From an uncultured Planctomycetales bacterium (GTDB lineage Bacteria > Planctomycetota > Phycisphaerae > UBA1845 > PWPN01): a DNA stretch of 64,000 nucleotides. Positions 47,192 through 57,508 of this stretch are shown piece by piece. Each line of letters opens with the position of its first letter. Positions within the stretch are counted from its first letter, which is position 1. The stretch covers positions 7,407 through 71,406 of the forward strand of contig CAZZFA010000013.1 in assembly GCA_964653435.1 (NCBI GenBank). The letters run 5' to 3'. The translations under genes were made by a program, and so were the position numbers. Under the pieces are notes generated by a model. That model worked only from the letters and a program-made list of their open reading frames with translations. It was not told the origin of the DNA and made no database searches.

Positions 47192-49111
47192 TTACCAGAA
47201 GATCGCATACAGTGCCAGCGTCATCAGGACGACGAGGGCGCCCCAGATCTTCACGTCGCCTCGGGTCTGGAGGTTCATCTTCGGATTGACGGGCAGATCG
47301 ACGGGCCGCGCCATCGGCATGGCCAGTCGCATCACGGTCAGCACGATCAGGACCGCGACGAAGCAGATGGCCATGCGGTTGAGGAAGGCGATCTGCGGCG
47401 CAAAGAGCTTCAGGCCCCCGTACAGGACCGGATTGAGCAGCAGGCCGACCGTGCCGCACGTCCGGGGTGCCCTGTGCACGAGCACACCGAAGAGGAAGAT
47501 CGCGAGGATGCCGGGCGAGATGAACCCCTGGAACTCCTGGATGAACGTGAAGATGCCCCCGAACTTCGGGTCGTCCAGCATCGGCGCGATGATCACCGCG
47601 ATCAGCACGAACAGCACGACGCAGATGCGTCCGACGGTGACGAGCTGGAACTGCGACGCGTCCTTCTTGAGCTTGCGGAAGATATCCATCGCAAAGATGG
47701 TCGATGACGAGTTGAGCATCGACGCGAGCGAGCTGACCACCGCGCCGAAAATCGACGCCAGGACGAATCCCTTGAGGCCGTTTCCGGGCCGCAGCAACTG
47801 GCGGATCAGCGTCGGAAAGGCCGCGTCGTAGTCGTAGCCGACAAGCCGGGTGGACCGGGCGATTCCCTTTTCCGTCGCCTGCGCGAGCAGTGCGTCATTG
47901 GCCGCCGTCAACTGGGCCGCATTCATCCCCGCGGCGTTGGCGTCGCGGGCACCCACAAGCGAGGCATTGTGTGCGTAGATCTCGGCCGCCAGTTCCGGCC
48001 TGAGTTCGGCGAACTTCGCCGTGAACGGAAAGGCCATCTGCTTGCCGGCGCGGAAGGCATTCACCACGGCCTCGTTCTTGCGCACGGCCTCCCCGGCCAG
48101 TTGCGTGCTGAAGAGGTTGAACGCGAGAATGCCCGGTATCACGACCACGAACGGAATGAGCAGCTTGAGGAACGCCGCGAACACCACGCCGCGCTGGCCC
48201 TCGGCGAGCGACTTCGATCCCAGGGTTCGCTGGGTGATGTACTGGTTCAGGCCCCAGTAGAAGAAATTGGGGATCCACAGGCCGACGACCAGCGCGGTCC
48301 ACGGGACCGCGGGGTCCGAGGCGGGCTTGACCATGTGCAGCTTCCCGACGCTCCAGTCGCCTGCGTTGAGCATGCGCAGGCGATCGAGCACCCCGGCGTT
48401 CGCCAGATCCTCAGGCTTCACCGGCACGGTTGCCGTTGCTGCCAGTATCGTGGGATCGGCGCTGCCCAGCGTGCGCAGGGCAAGCCACGCGATTACCGCG
48501 CCGCCGACAATCAGCGCGGAGCCCTGAATCAGGTCGGCCCAGGCGCAGGCCTTGAGTCCGCCCGCAAAAACGTAAATCGCCGCCAGCGAGCCGATGATCC
48601 AACACCCCACCGTGATGCTGCCGAGGTCCTGGCCGAAAAGCTTCTGGCCCTGGAAGTTGACGGTGATCACCTTGGCGCCGGAATAGATCACCGACGCCGT
48701 CGGCACGCCGACCAGGATGATCAGCGTCGAGACGGCCATGACGGTGCGTGCAAACGTGTTGTATCGATACTCAAGGAACTCGGGAATCGTGTAGATGCCG
48801 CTCTTGAGAAACGTGGGCAGGAAGAGGAACGCGACGACTACAAGGGTGATGGCGGCCATCCATTCGTAACTGGCGATGGCCATGCCGAGCCAGTTGGCGG
48901 CCTGGCCGCTCATGCCGACGAATTGCTCCGTCGAGATGTTTGCCGCGATCAGGGAAAAGCCGACCAGCCACCACGTCAACCCGCGGCCGGCGAGAAAGTA
49001 GTCCTGCGCCCCGTGTTCGCTGCGGGTCTGTTCGCCTCGGCTCTTCCACAGACCGATCCCGATGACGGCCACGACGAAGGCGACGAATACGAGAATGTCG
49101 GCAACGCCCAT
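47192..49111 (-). CDS. Sodium:solute symporter (SSS/SGLT-like sugar transporter)
   Basis: DYFLAGRGLTWWLVGFSLIAANISTEQFVGMSG, YTIPEFLEYRY, FYWGLNQYITQRTLG and SSLASMLNSSSTIFAMD. Confidence 0.92.
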   Translation of the reverse strand: MGVADILVFVAFVVAVIGIGLWKSRGEQTRSEHGAQDYFLAGRGLTWWLVGFSLIAANISTEQFVGMSGQAANWLGMAIASYEWMAAITLVVVAFLFLPTFLKSGIYTIPEFLEYRYNTFARTVMAVSTLIILVGVPTASVIYSGAKVITVNFQGQKLFGQDLGSITVGCWIIGSLAAIYVFAGGLKACAWADLIQGSALIVGGAVIAWLALRTLGSADPTILAATATVPVKPEDLANAGVLDRLRMLNAGDWSVGKLHMVKPASDPAVPWTALVVGLWIPNFFYWGLNQYITQRTLGSKSLAEGQRGVVFAAFLKLLIPFVVVIPGILAFNLFSTQLAGEAVRKNEAVVNAFRAGKQMAFPFTAKFAELRPELAAEIYAHNASLVGARDANAAGMNAAQLTAANDALLAQATEKGIARSTRLVGYDYDAAFPTLIRQLLRPGNGLKGFVLASIFGAVVSSLASMLNSSSTIFAMDIFRKLKKDASQFQLVTVGRICVVLFVLIAVIIAPMLDDPKFGGIFTFIQEFQGFISPGILAIFLFGVLVHRAPRTCGTVGLLLNPVLYGGLKLFAPQIAFLNRMAICFVAVLIVLTVMRLAMPMARPVDLPVNPKMNLQTRGDVKIWGALVVLMTLALYAIFW

Positions 49112-49243
49112 GCTCCGCTCCTCTGTGCTGAAGCACCTCGGCGATACGCCGCGGCATCCGGCTGACGCAACCCGCGCCCCGCGCGATGCCCGTCCCGGCA
49201 AGACCCGTGGTGGGGCGTACCGTATACGGGAGAGTCAGGGTCG

Positions 49244-50056
49244 TCAATCGTGCGAACCGGCACGTGGGTCAACCCCGGTGCGCCCGCTCTTCGGCATCGT
49301 TTTCGTCCCGGCTTCGTGCCGGCGGTGTTCCAGCAGCCACTCGTACAACTCCGGATTGTCGTACGTCGCGGTCCACGAATCGTGGCCCGCCTCCGGATAG
49401 ACCGTGAGCCTCGCCTCGCCGCCGTTTCGTCTCACGGCCTCGACCATCTTCTCGCTGCCCTCCGGCGGGACGACGGTGTCCTTCGCGCCGTGGAACGCCC
49501 AGACGGGCACGTGCCTCAGGTTGCCGGCCTGCCACGTCTCACCCTTTCCGCAGATCGGCACGATCGCGGCGAACCGGTCCGGGTAGGCACAGGCCAGGCT
49601 CCAGGTGCCGTAGCCGCCCATGCTCAGACCCGTGACATAGACACGATCCGGATCGACCGCGTATCGCGTGATGACGTCGTCAAGAAGCGCGATCAGCACG
49701 TCGTTGGCGAAACCGAACCGGTCTGCGGGGCACTGTGGCGCGACCACGATGAACGGGAAGTGCGGATCCTTCTCGACGATCTTCGGCGGGCCGTGCCGCT
49801 TCAGCAGATTCAGGTCGTCGCCGCGCTCGCCCGCTCCGTGCAGGAAGAGCAGCAGCGGCCATCGTCTGGCCTTGTCCCGGCCATATTCCGCAGGCAGAAA
49901 GAGCAGATACCGGCACTCGACGGTCCTGACGATCGTTTTGTGGAGCGTCTTTGCCTGCTGGACGCCGACCGTCGGCCTGCCTGCGCTCGATGCGCAGCCC
50001 CCGACCGCGGCCATCGCCGTCATCAACACCGCACACCCGCAACGGGCCGATCTCAT
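49244..50056 (-). CDS. Lipoprotein alpha/beta-hydrolase (phospholipase/carboxylesterase, prolyl-oligopeptidase-like)
   Basis: Lipobox VGG-C; PLLLFLHGAGERG, VTGLSMGGYG (nucleophile elbow), WAFHGAKD and YPEAGHDSW. Confidence 0.88.
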   Translation of the reverse strand: MRSARCGCAVLMTAMAAVGGCASSAGRPTVGVQQAKTLHKTIVRTVECRYLLFLPAEYGRDKARRWPLLLFLHGAGERGDDLNLLKRHGPPKIVEKDPHFPFIVVAPQCPADRFGFANDVLIALLDDVITRYAVDPDRVYVTGLSMGGYGTWSLACAYPDRFAAIVPICGKGETWQAGNLRHVPVWAFHGAKDTVVPPEGSEKMVEAVRRNGGEARLTVYPEAGHDSWTATYDNPELYEWLLEHRRHEAGTKTMPKSGRTGVDPRAGSHD

Positions 50057-50148
50057 GTATTCACCTCGCTTTGTCCGCCTTGCCGGGACCGGCAACCGGG
50101 GGAAACCCGGGCAACCGCACGCCGGCCTTCCGCAGATGCCTTTGCCGA

Positions 50149-51606
50149 CTACACATCGAGATCCACTCGTCGGCCAAGGACGCGTTTGTATCGCCGTATG
50201 ACCGGATCCACGCAGTCTCGCAGGAATGCGTCGGTCTGCTCGGCGCTCAGGCCCGTGTAGCGCGAGGGGTCGAGTGCCCTGGACCAGTCGATTCGCGCGA
50301 ACGCCGGATCGGCCTGAAGTCGCTGAATCAGGTCGTTCGGCCTGCCCAGCAGCTTGACCTGCCGGGCGGCGGCCTGCGAATGACGGCGGATGCGTTCGTG
50401 CAGCGCCTGCCGATCTGCGGCCTTCCGGTCGCCCTCCTTCAGGGCCGTTGAAACCGCGGCCATCAGGATCTCCTCGGTCGCCATGAACGGCAGCTCGGCC
50501 CGAACATGGGCGGCGATCGTCCGTGGGTACACCACCATGCCCCGCGCGACATGGGTGACGATCCGCAGGATTCCGTCCGTCGCGAGAAACGCCTCCGGGA
50601 TGCTCAGCCGCTTGTTGGCCGAGTCGTCGAGTGTGCGCTCGAGCCACTGCTCGGCGGCGTTCTGCAGGGGCGACGTCGCGATCGAAAGCACGTACCGGGC
50701 CAGGCCTGTGGCCCGCTCGCAGAGCATGGGGTTGCGCTTGTACGCCATCGCGCTGGACCCGACCTGGCCCTTCTCGAAAGGCTCCTCCATTTCCTTCATG
50801 TTCGCCAGCAGGCGCAGGTCGTTGGCGAACTTGTGCGCGCTGGCGGCGATGCCGGCCAGGGTGTGGGCCACCTGCCCGTCCACCTTGCGGGAGTAGGTCT
50901 GGCCCGTCACCGGTTCGATCCGGTCGAAGCCCAGTTTCTTCGCCACGAGCCGCTCCAGTCGGCGCACGCGGGCCGCGCTGCCCAGCAGCGCCAGAAAACT
51001 GGCCTGCGTGCCCGTCGCGCCGCGGATCCCGCGAAACCGCAGCCCGGCGAGCCGCTGCTCAACCTCGTCGAGATCACGGACGAAATCGCTGCACCACAGG
51101 CAGGCCCGCTTGCCGACGGTCGTGAGCTGTGCGGGCTGGTAATGCGTGAAGCCCAGCGTCGGGAGGTCGCGATAGCGCCGGGCGAAACGGCCGAGGGCCT
51201 CGATCACGTTCGCAAGCCACTCGGCGATTCGCCGGAGGGCCTCGCGCATGACGATCAGGTCGGCGTTGTCCACGATGTCCATGCTCGTGGCGCCCAGGTG
51301 CAGAATCCCGCGGGCGCCCGGGGCCGCGTCGCCGAACGTGTACAGGTGGGCCATCACGTCATGGCGGGTCTGCCGCTCGTACCGGGCGGCCCGGTCGAAG
51401 TCGACGTCATGGCACGCCCGGCGGAGCGCGGCAATCTGCGCCGCCGTGATCGGCAGACCGAGCTGCCGCTGGGCCTCGGCCAGCGCGACCCAGATCCGCC
51501 GCCAGGTGACCACGCGCCGCTGCGGCGAGAAAATCTCGCACATCTCGGCAGACGCATTGCGCGTGACCAGGGGGTTCTCGTAGACGTTGCGGATTCGCTT
51601 GGCCAT
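50149..51606 (-). CDS. purB: Adenylosuccinate lyase
   Basis: YENPLVTR, RHDVMAH, LHLGATS, TLGFTHYQPAQ, GATGTQASF and GSSAMAYKRNPM (fumarase-family signature). Confidence 0.96.
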   Translation of the reverse strand: MAKRIRNVYENPLVTRNASAEMCEIFSPQRRVVTWRRIWVALAEAQRQLGLPITAAQIAALRRACHDVDFDRAARYERQTRHDVMAHLYTFGDAAPGARGILHLGATSMDIVDNADLIVMREALRRIAEWLANVIEALGRFARRYRDLPTLGFTHYQPAQLTTVGKRACLWCSDFVRDLDEVEQRLAGLRFRGIRGATGTQASFLALLGSAARVRRLERLVAKKLGFDRIEPVTGQTYSRKVDGQVAHTLAGIAASAHKFANDLRLLANMKEMEEPFEKGQVGSSAMAYKRNPMLCERATGLARYVLSIATSPLQNAAEQWLERTLDDSANKRLSIPEAFLATDGILRIVTHVARGMVVYPRTIAAHVRAELPFMATEEILMAAVSTALKEGDRKAADRQALHERIRRHSQAAARQVKLLGRPNDLIQRLQADPAFARIDWSRALDPSRYTGLSAEQTDAFLRDCVDPVIRRYKRVLGRRVDLDV

Positions 51607-51615
51607 GATGGCGGG

Positions 51616-51644
51616 AGTGTATGAACTGCCGGGCTGCGGGTCAA
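51616..51644 (-). promoter_or_regulatory. sigma70-type promoter of purB (near-leaderless)
   Basis: Minus strand TTGACC, 17-nt spacer, TACACT, then 9 nt to the ATG at 51606. Confidence 0.65.
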
Positions 51645-51751
51645 AGACGGACCTCGCGACCGCAGGGTCCTGGCCTTCGGGGCTGGACCGGCGGCGGCCC
51701 GGTTCGCGATGCGTTTCCCGCAACCGCCATATGTCCGCACCGTAAAAGATA

Positions 51752-51780
51752 TTGACCCCGATATCGCGGGGTGGCATGAT
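51752..51780 (+). promoter_or_regulatory. Putative sigma70 promoter of the ECF sigma gene
   Basis: TTGACC, 17-nt spacer, CATGAT. Confidence 0.5.
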
Positions 51781-51862
51781 GACTTCTCGGACTTGACGGA
51801 CGGCCCGCATTCGCGGCGAGCCGGGGAACCGGAGCGGCCCGCCTGCGTCCAATCATAAGGAT

Positions 51863-52504
51863 TTGCCGGTGTCGTCAGCCGCGGCAATTGCGATTGAGGA
51901 TCTTGCCCTGGTCGAGCAGACGCGGCAGGGGGACATGGCCGCGTTCGGGCGGCTGGTGAGCAAGTACCAGGATCGCGTCTACAACACCTGCTGGCGGCTG
52001 TGCGGGAATGTCGAGGATGCCCGCGACCTGACGCAGGACGCGTTCCTGCATGCGTTACAGGCCATTGACCGGTTTCAGGGCAAGGCGGGCTTCTATACAT
52101 GGCTGTTTCGCATCGCGGTGAACCTGGCGATTTCGCACCGTCGCAAGGATCGGCATGCCGTCCGGCTTTCGCTGCACGATTCGGACGGCACCCGGCTGAT
52201 CGATTCGCAGGCGTCGGAATTGGTGCGGCGTACCGGCGGGCCGCGGGGGGCGGACCCCTCCGTGGCGTTAGACACGCGCGAGGCGCATCGCATCCTCCTG
52301 CGTGTGCTGGACGAGTTGGAGGATGAGTTTCGGGCCGTCCTGGTCCTGCGGGATGTGGAGTCCTTCGATTACCAGGAGATCGGGGACATCCTCGGTATCC
52401 CGCCGGGGACCGTGAAGAGCCGGCTGCACCGGGCCCGGATGGCGCTGCGGGAGAAGCTGGCCGCCCGGATGAGCGGCGGCGAGGCCGGCCGGTTGCCTCA
52501 GTGA
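51863..52504 (+). CDS. ECF (sigma-70 family, RpoE-like) RNA polymerase sigma factor
   Basis: AFGRLVSKYQDRVYN, DLTQDAF, FYTWLFRIAVN, LVLRDVESFDYQEI and GTVKSRLHRAR. Confidence 0.94.
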   Translation: MPVSSAAAIAIEDLALVEQTRQGDMAAFGRLVSKYQDRVYNTCWRLCGNVEDARDLTQDAFLHALQAIDRFQGKAGFYTWLFRIAVNLAISHRRKDRHAVRLSLHDSDGTRLIDSQASELVRRTGGPRGADPSVALDTREAHRILLRVLDELEDEFRAVLVLRDVESFDYQEIGDILGIPPGTVKSRLHRARMALREKLAARMSGGEAGRLPQ

Positions 52505-52662
52505 GGCGGCAAGCGGTCGGGGTAATCCCGGGCGTGAAACGCGGCGGTGTGACGCAGTTCCGGGAGCGACGCAATGTCGGAAGGTACCACCGCGGCGGCA
52601 GCACAGCGTATTGGTGGCTTCGTAGGGAGTGTTGGCTGCCTGTTCGGCAGTGGCGATGCTCG

Positions 52663-54549
52663 ATGGCGATGAAACCGGACCGTTCGGATTATCTGGAACA
52701 GCAGCTATCGGCCTACCTTGATGGCGAGGTTACCGACGCGGAGCGCGCGGAGGTGGAGGCATACCTCGCCGCGAGCGAGGATGCGCGGCGCGTCTTCGAG
52801 GACCTGAGGCGCAACGCGGAATTGCTGCGTTCTCTGCCGCGGGCGAAGGCACCGGACGGCCTGCCGGAACTGGTCACTGCCGAGCTGGAGCGCAGGGAGC
52901 TGCTCGGCGAAGAGCCGCTGGGGGAGCCAGGCTCGCGGCCGGCCGCCCGCGGTGCGGGCCGATGGCTCGCCTCGGCAGCGGTCATCGTGCTCGCGGCGTC
53001 GGCGGGCCTGCTGACGTTTACGCACCTGCGACAGGGTTCTCCGCGACGGGCGCCGGCCCCCCTGGGGCCGATTGCCGACGTGCGCGACGGCTCATCAGGG
53101 GCAGCGCGAGACGAGATGAGGGATGCGAGGCCGGCCGAGCCGGCGGCGGAGCAGAACGGGGCGGGTGGCGGGCATGAAGGTGGCGGCGCTGGTTCGATGT
53201 TGAGGATGACAACTCCGACGGTCAGCGGCACAGGAGGCAGCGTCCATTCTGTTGGCGATTTCGCCGTGACCAACGGGGTGGCCCAAGAGGGTGCCGGGGA
53301 ACGGACCTATCCCGAGCGCGGCCGGCAGGAGTTCGCGGAGCGAGGTGGGCGGCAGGATGGCGGGATTGCAGCGAAGGGAATTGCCGGAGTTCCTCGCAAG
53401 CGGGGGCCGACGCTTGCGGAGGCTCCTCCGGCAGCAGACCACACACGGAGTACGGGCGGGGGCGTGACCGCAGATGCGGCTCTCGCGAGAGAAGAAAGCC
53501 GACACATCGCCGATGCGCTCGACAGGTGCCTCGGCGTCGTTGTAGATCAGATCAGCACCGCTTCGTCCGCGCCGGTGGCGCGCGATCACACTCTGGCGAA
53601 GGCGGGCACTTTCGAGATCAGCCTCGTCTATGCGGACCAGGAGGCGAAAGATGCGGCCGTCGGCCTCATCAAGGATACGCTGAGCCGTTCGCCGGCGATA
53701 CGGAGTGCGGAGGCGTCGGCCGCTGCCTCCGCGCCGACATCACGACCCGGCGAGCCTGCGCATCCTGAGGTCTGCTTCTCGTACGTCGTCATGCCATCCG
53801 CCCCCGATTCTCGGGACAGTGCGATCATGGTCGATGCGACGCCGGAAACCGCGTCGATCGTCCTGTCGGCGATCGAAGATGTTGGCTGCCGTATCGCGCC
53901 GGTCAGCGTCTCCGTTGAGCAGGGTGCTGCTTCCGGTTGGTCGGCCGTGCAGTCGCTCGGGCAAGCGTACGTAGCGAGGTGCGCCGGGTCGCCGGGCGAT
54001 TCGGCCGGGGCGAGCGTCGCCTCGTTGACGAATTCGACAGGCGAGGTGACGTGGATCGCCTCGTCCGGGTCCGCTCCGGCGTCTCTGCATGACTCTGTGG
54101 TCAGCCTCGGCGTCCAGCCTGCTGCAGCGGTGCCGGCCTCATCAAGGTCGTCGGAAGCGTTGGGCTATAGGGCCGAGACGCAGCCGACGTTGTCTGCATC
54201 GTACGCGCGCGCGATGACGCCCGCCCCTGGGACGGTTCCCACGCCTGCGGCTGTTCCCGCGCCCGCAAGCGATCGGGATTTCCAGGCGAGTGCCCCGCAG
54301 ACCGTCGCCGCGGCGAAGGCGAATGCGCCTGTGCAGAGTAGGCGGACCGGGCATACGGTGGCGTTGCCGACGCCCCGGCAGTCGCAAGAGCGTTTCGAGC
54401 CTCCGTCCGTCCAGCCGGCCGCAGGCAAGGAGCGATTGCAGCTTCTGCTTCGCCTCCTGGTCGCGCCGGAGGCAGCCCCTGGCAGCGACGGTGCCACGCC
54501 CACGACGCACCCGGCGACTTCGAGCACCACTCGTAGCGCTGGCCCGTGA
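52663..54549 (+). CDS. Membrane anti-sigma factor (zf-HC2-like N-domain without Zn ligands) with long low-complexity periplasmic part
   Basis: QLSAYLDGEVTDAERAEVEAYLAASEDARR, TM WLASAAVIVLAASAGLL; directly downstream of the ECF sigma. Confidence 0.8.
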   Translation: MAMKPDRSDYLEQQLSAYLDGEVTDAERAEVEAYLAASEDARRVFEDLRRNAELLRSLPRAKAPDGLPELVTAELERRELLGEEPLGEPGSRPAARGAGRWLASAAVIVLAASAGLLTFTHLRQGSPRRAPAPLGPIADVRDGSSGAARDEMRDARPAEPAAEQNGAGGGHEGGGAGSMLRMTTPTVSGTGGSVHSVGDFAVTNGVAQEGAGERTYPERGRQEFAERGGRQDGGIAAKGIAGVPRKRGPTLAEAPPAADHTRSTGGGVTADAALAREESRHIADALDRCLGVVVDQISTASSAPVARDHTLAKAGTFEISLVYADQEAKDAAVGLIKDTLSRSPAIRSAEASAAASAPTSRPGEPAHPEVCFSYVVMPSAPDSRDSAIMVDATPETASIVLSAIEDVGCRIAPVSVSVEQGAASGWSAVQSLGQAYVARCAGSPGDSAGASVASLTNSTGEVTWIASSGSAPASLHDSVVSLGVQPAAAVPASSRSSEALGYRAETQPTLSASYARAMTPAPGTVPTPAAVPAPASDRDFQASAPQTVAAAKANAPVQSRRTGHTVALPTPRQSQERFEPPSVQPAAGKERLQLLLRLLVAPEAAPGSDGATPTTHPATSSTTRSAGP

Positions 54550-54958
54550 GTGGTCACCTCGTCGGGTAGCCCCGGCTTGCGATCCTGCATTTCTCGCTTG
54601 GTGGCATGGCTGCCGGGACGCCCCGAGGCGCATGGCCGAGGTCTTTTTCAGCGGCCTCGGCCGTTGGGTACCCCGGGTGGTCGGCGCGGGCATCCGGCGC
54701 ACGGAGGGCCGTCTCTGTGGCTGGAGGGGGATGCGCCGAATATGCCTCCGGGCGGAGGCGACCAGCTTGCCGGTACGCGGAATCTTCACGGACGGCGGGG
54801 CTTCGGCCGTAAACATCTGTCAAATAAGCAGATAGGTGCAGAAACAGCCTCGCCGATACCGGCCCATACAGGGTTCCGTTGGGGTGGCGGCGGGGCGCCG
54901 ACGCTCCGGGCGGGCGGGAACGGCCAGAAGATTTTTTTCGAGTGGGCGTTTTTTCGTA

Positions 54959-54986
54959 TTGACACACGAGGCGGGTCGAATAGAAT
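54959..54986 (+). promoter_or_regulatory. Near-consensus sigma70 promoter of the PEP-CTERM gene with upstream T-tracts
   Basis: TTGACA (54959-54964), 16-nt spacer, TAGAAT (54981-54986). Confidence 0.72.
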
Positions 54987-55268
54987 GGTGGGTAATTACC
55001 CCACCGGGCAGTCCGGCAGCGCCGCTCGCTGGGGGGACGGAGCGAAAACGATTTGAGGGAACCGCGGCAGCGGCGAGTGTGGCGCTGGCAGCACCCACAT
55101 CTCCCAGACGGTTCGTGAAACGTTTATTTGAGGAAGCGCGATCGAGGCAGCCGATCGTCCGTGCCGGGCGTGTCGGCGGCTGACCGGGTTTTTTCGGCTG
55201 GGTGTCATTGTGGGAACTGTGCCGGCGGGCCCGTTGCGGGTGTCCGGCGGAACGAAAGGAGCTTTTCG

Positions 55269-56594
55269 ATGAGAACGTCGGTACGAAACGCGGTGATCGT
55301 GAGTGCGCTCGCGTTCGCGACAGTGCTGTCGAGCGGCGCTTGGGCGCTGCCTTTATCACAGGTCTTCTTCCCTGAGGCAAACCGCCTTATCGGGGACCCG
55401 CGCCGGGGGACGGACGAGATTTATCAGGGTGTTGCCTATAGGAACCCGGACAACATCATCAATGGCACGCCGACAGTGCCCGGTCAGGTTCCCGGCCAGA
55501 TCGAGTCGCTTCGCAATGTCGGTATCGGGTACACGGGGATCAATATCCCGCAACCCTGTGATGTTACGGGAGTGCCGGCGGATCCGCGAAGCGTGTTGGG
55601 GTCGAACCCCGCGGAGGTATTGGCAGGCGCGAATCCACTGGTGAGCAACACGTGGGGTGTCCGTGCCGGTGCGGCCGTCCAGTGGCAGACCGACCAGGAT
55701 GGTTCTGCCGTGTCCCTGACGCCCCTGGGCGTCAACAGCGGGCAGGCCTACAACATTACTCCGGGCACATTGTTCTCCGTGGCGTTCGGCCTGAATCCTG
55801 CCGGCGTGCCGACAATCGTATCGCCCGTCGACGTCGGCGGCGCGCCGGGGTCGGTCGGCGGCGACGGCCTTGCCGATTTCGTCCCGTGGGTGCGTGATCT
55901 CGCGAATCCGAATCAGTTGGTCACCGGGTTCGGGATCAATGGTCTGGACCGGGCGGCCATTGACGGGTACTTTGCCGCGCTGGGTCCGAATGCCTTCGGC
56001 GTGGGCGTCACTCCCGCGCAGGTTTACGCGGCCCTGATTGCCCGCGTCGATGTGTGGGAAGGCGGGGCGCTGTTCGATCAGGTCGCCGGTTCGTTCGACG
56101 CGAGGAACTTCAACCACAACGGTGGGACGAACGGGATGGCGGGTGACGAGCTCAACGACGCGGTCGACGGCACACTCCTGCTCAGCGGTGAGCTTTCCAA
56201 TATCCAGATCCAGAACTACTGGACGGCCCAGATTCTTCTCGACGGCCAGGGTCGGCCGGTCCTCAACAACGGGCAGTTCGTAGCCGTGCCCGGTACCGTC
56301 AAGCGGACGATCAAGATCGTGGCCGATGTCACATACGACGGCGGGACGCTGCTGCATTGGCTCACGAATACTCACGGCGTGATCAGCGCCAACTACAACG
56401 GAATCCCGTTTGCGAACGTCGACACGGTGACGCAGGGAACCCATGCGAATATCGCGGCTTACGACTTTGTTGGCGACCGGACGACGTCGTACGACGCTTC
56501 GCAGACGTTCCAGGCGATTCCCGAGCCGCTGACGATGCTTTCGGGCGTTCTGGCGATCGGGGCGCTGGGTGGCTACATCCGCCGTCGGCGATGA
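55269..56594 (+). CDS. Secreted PEP-CTERM protein with ~400-aa unknown domain
   Basis: AAGGAG RBS; signal peptide; C-terminus IPEPLTMLSGVLAIGALGGYIRRRR (PEP, TM helix, Arg cluster). Confidence 0.9.
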   Translation: MRTSVRNAVIVSALAFATVLSSGAWALPLSQVFFPEANRLIGDPRRGTDEIYQGVAYRNPDNIINGTPTVPGQVPGQIESLRNVGIGYTGINIPQPCDVTGVPADPRSVLGSNPAEVLAGANPLVSNTWGVRAGAAVQWQTDQDGSAVSLTPLGVNSGQAYNITPGTLFSVAFGLNPAGVPTIVSPVDVGGAPGSVGGDGLADFVPWVRDLANPNQLVTGFGINGLDRAAIDGYFAALGPNAFGVGVTPAQVYAALIARVDVWEGGALFDQVAGSFDARNFNHNGGTNGMAGDELNDAVDGTLLLSGELSNIQIQNYWTAQILLDGQGRPVLNNGQFVAVPGTVKRTIKIVADVTYDGGTLLHWLTNTHGVISANYNGIPFANVDTVTQGTHANIAAYDFVGDRTTSYDASQTFQAIPEPLTMLSGVLAIGALGGYIRRRR

Positions 56595-56637
56595 GCGATC
56601 GGCGTATCGGCACGAACGATGTTCTCTGATGAATTGG

Positions 56638-56681
56638 ACCGCCCGACGGACCGATCAAGGGCCGCCGGGCGGTTTCCTTTT
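56638..56681 (+). terminator. Rho-independent terminator after the PEP-CTERM gene
   Basis: ACCGCCCG (56638-56645) pairs with CGGGCGGT (56666-56673), followed by TTCCTTTT. Confidence 0.7.
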
Positions 56682-56695
56682 GCTGGCTGGGCGGG

Positions 56696-57508
56696 TTATG
56701 CATCCCGGAAGGAAGCTGGCGCGTTGTCGGACCCTTGAGGAACGCGCGACTTGACTTCGGCGATCTTCCTGGCGGGAATCCCGCCCCAGATTTCCCCGGC
56801 GTGGATTCTCGTATTCTTCGCCACGACCGCTCCGGTCGCGACAATCGCGTCGTCTCCCACCTGCGTCCCGGGGCTGACGAACGCAAAGGCTCCGATGGTT
56901 GCGCGTCTGCCGATCGTGACCGGCGCTATGGTGATCGCATCTCGCTCAATCAGGTGAGCAGAAAGAAACGCTCCGTCGCCAATGAGGGCGTCGTCGCCGA
57001 TCGTTGTCATGAAGGGGTCGGCGATGGTAGCGTCGACTCCCAGCGAAATGCGCTTGCCCACGGCGGCCTCCATTGCCCGCAGGAAAAACGGTCCGAGGAA
57101 GGAGAACCCTGTTACGGCGTTCCGGAAGAAACTGCGGCGAGGAAGCGAGGCCAGGGCCGCCTTTCGAAGCCATAGCCGCGCCGCCGGCGAGTCCAACGGA
57201 TACGTGCCGGGTTGAATCCTGCCGCGGGCGAACAGGAGGCGCAGCACGAGGAGGGCGAGAACCGCACCGACCGGGAACGTGAAGTAGCAGAGGACCAGGA
57301 CGAGCGCATCGAGCACAAGGTTCGGGGTCCACAGAGCGTGACCGATGCCAAGCGTCGCCAGGGTGGCGGCGGAGAGGGCGAGAGGGTCGGCAAGGAGGAC
57401 GAACACCAGCGTCAGGCAACCCGCGCGGCGCGCCGCCTGTCGCAACGTGCGGCCTTTCGTGGTCGGGTTCTCCTTCGGGGCGGAGCTTGTCGGGGAGATG
57501 TCGCTCAC
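56696..57508 (-). CDS. Membrane-anchored left-handed beta-helix (hexapeptide repeat) acyltransferase-like protein
   Basis: GTGA coupling to the upstream GT stop; two TM helices; TIGDDALIG, VTIGRRATIGAFAFVSPGTQVGDDAIV and IWGGIPARKI. Confidence 0.82.
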   Translation of the reverse strand: MSDISPTSSAPKENPTTKGRTLRQAARRAGCLTLVFVLLADPLALSAATLATLGIGHALWTPNLVLDALVLVLCYFTFPVGAVLALLVLRLLFARGRIQPGTYPLDSPAARLWLRKAALASLPRRSFFRNAVTGFSFLGPFFLRAMEAAVGKRISLGVDATIADPFMTTIGDDALIGDGAFLSAHLIERDAITIAPVTIGRRATIGAFAFVSPGTQVGDDAIVATGAVVAKNTRIHAGEIWGGIPARKIAEVKSRVPQGSDNAPASFRDA

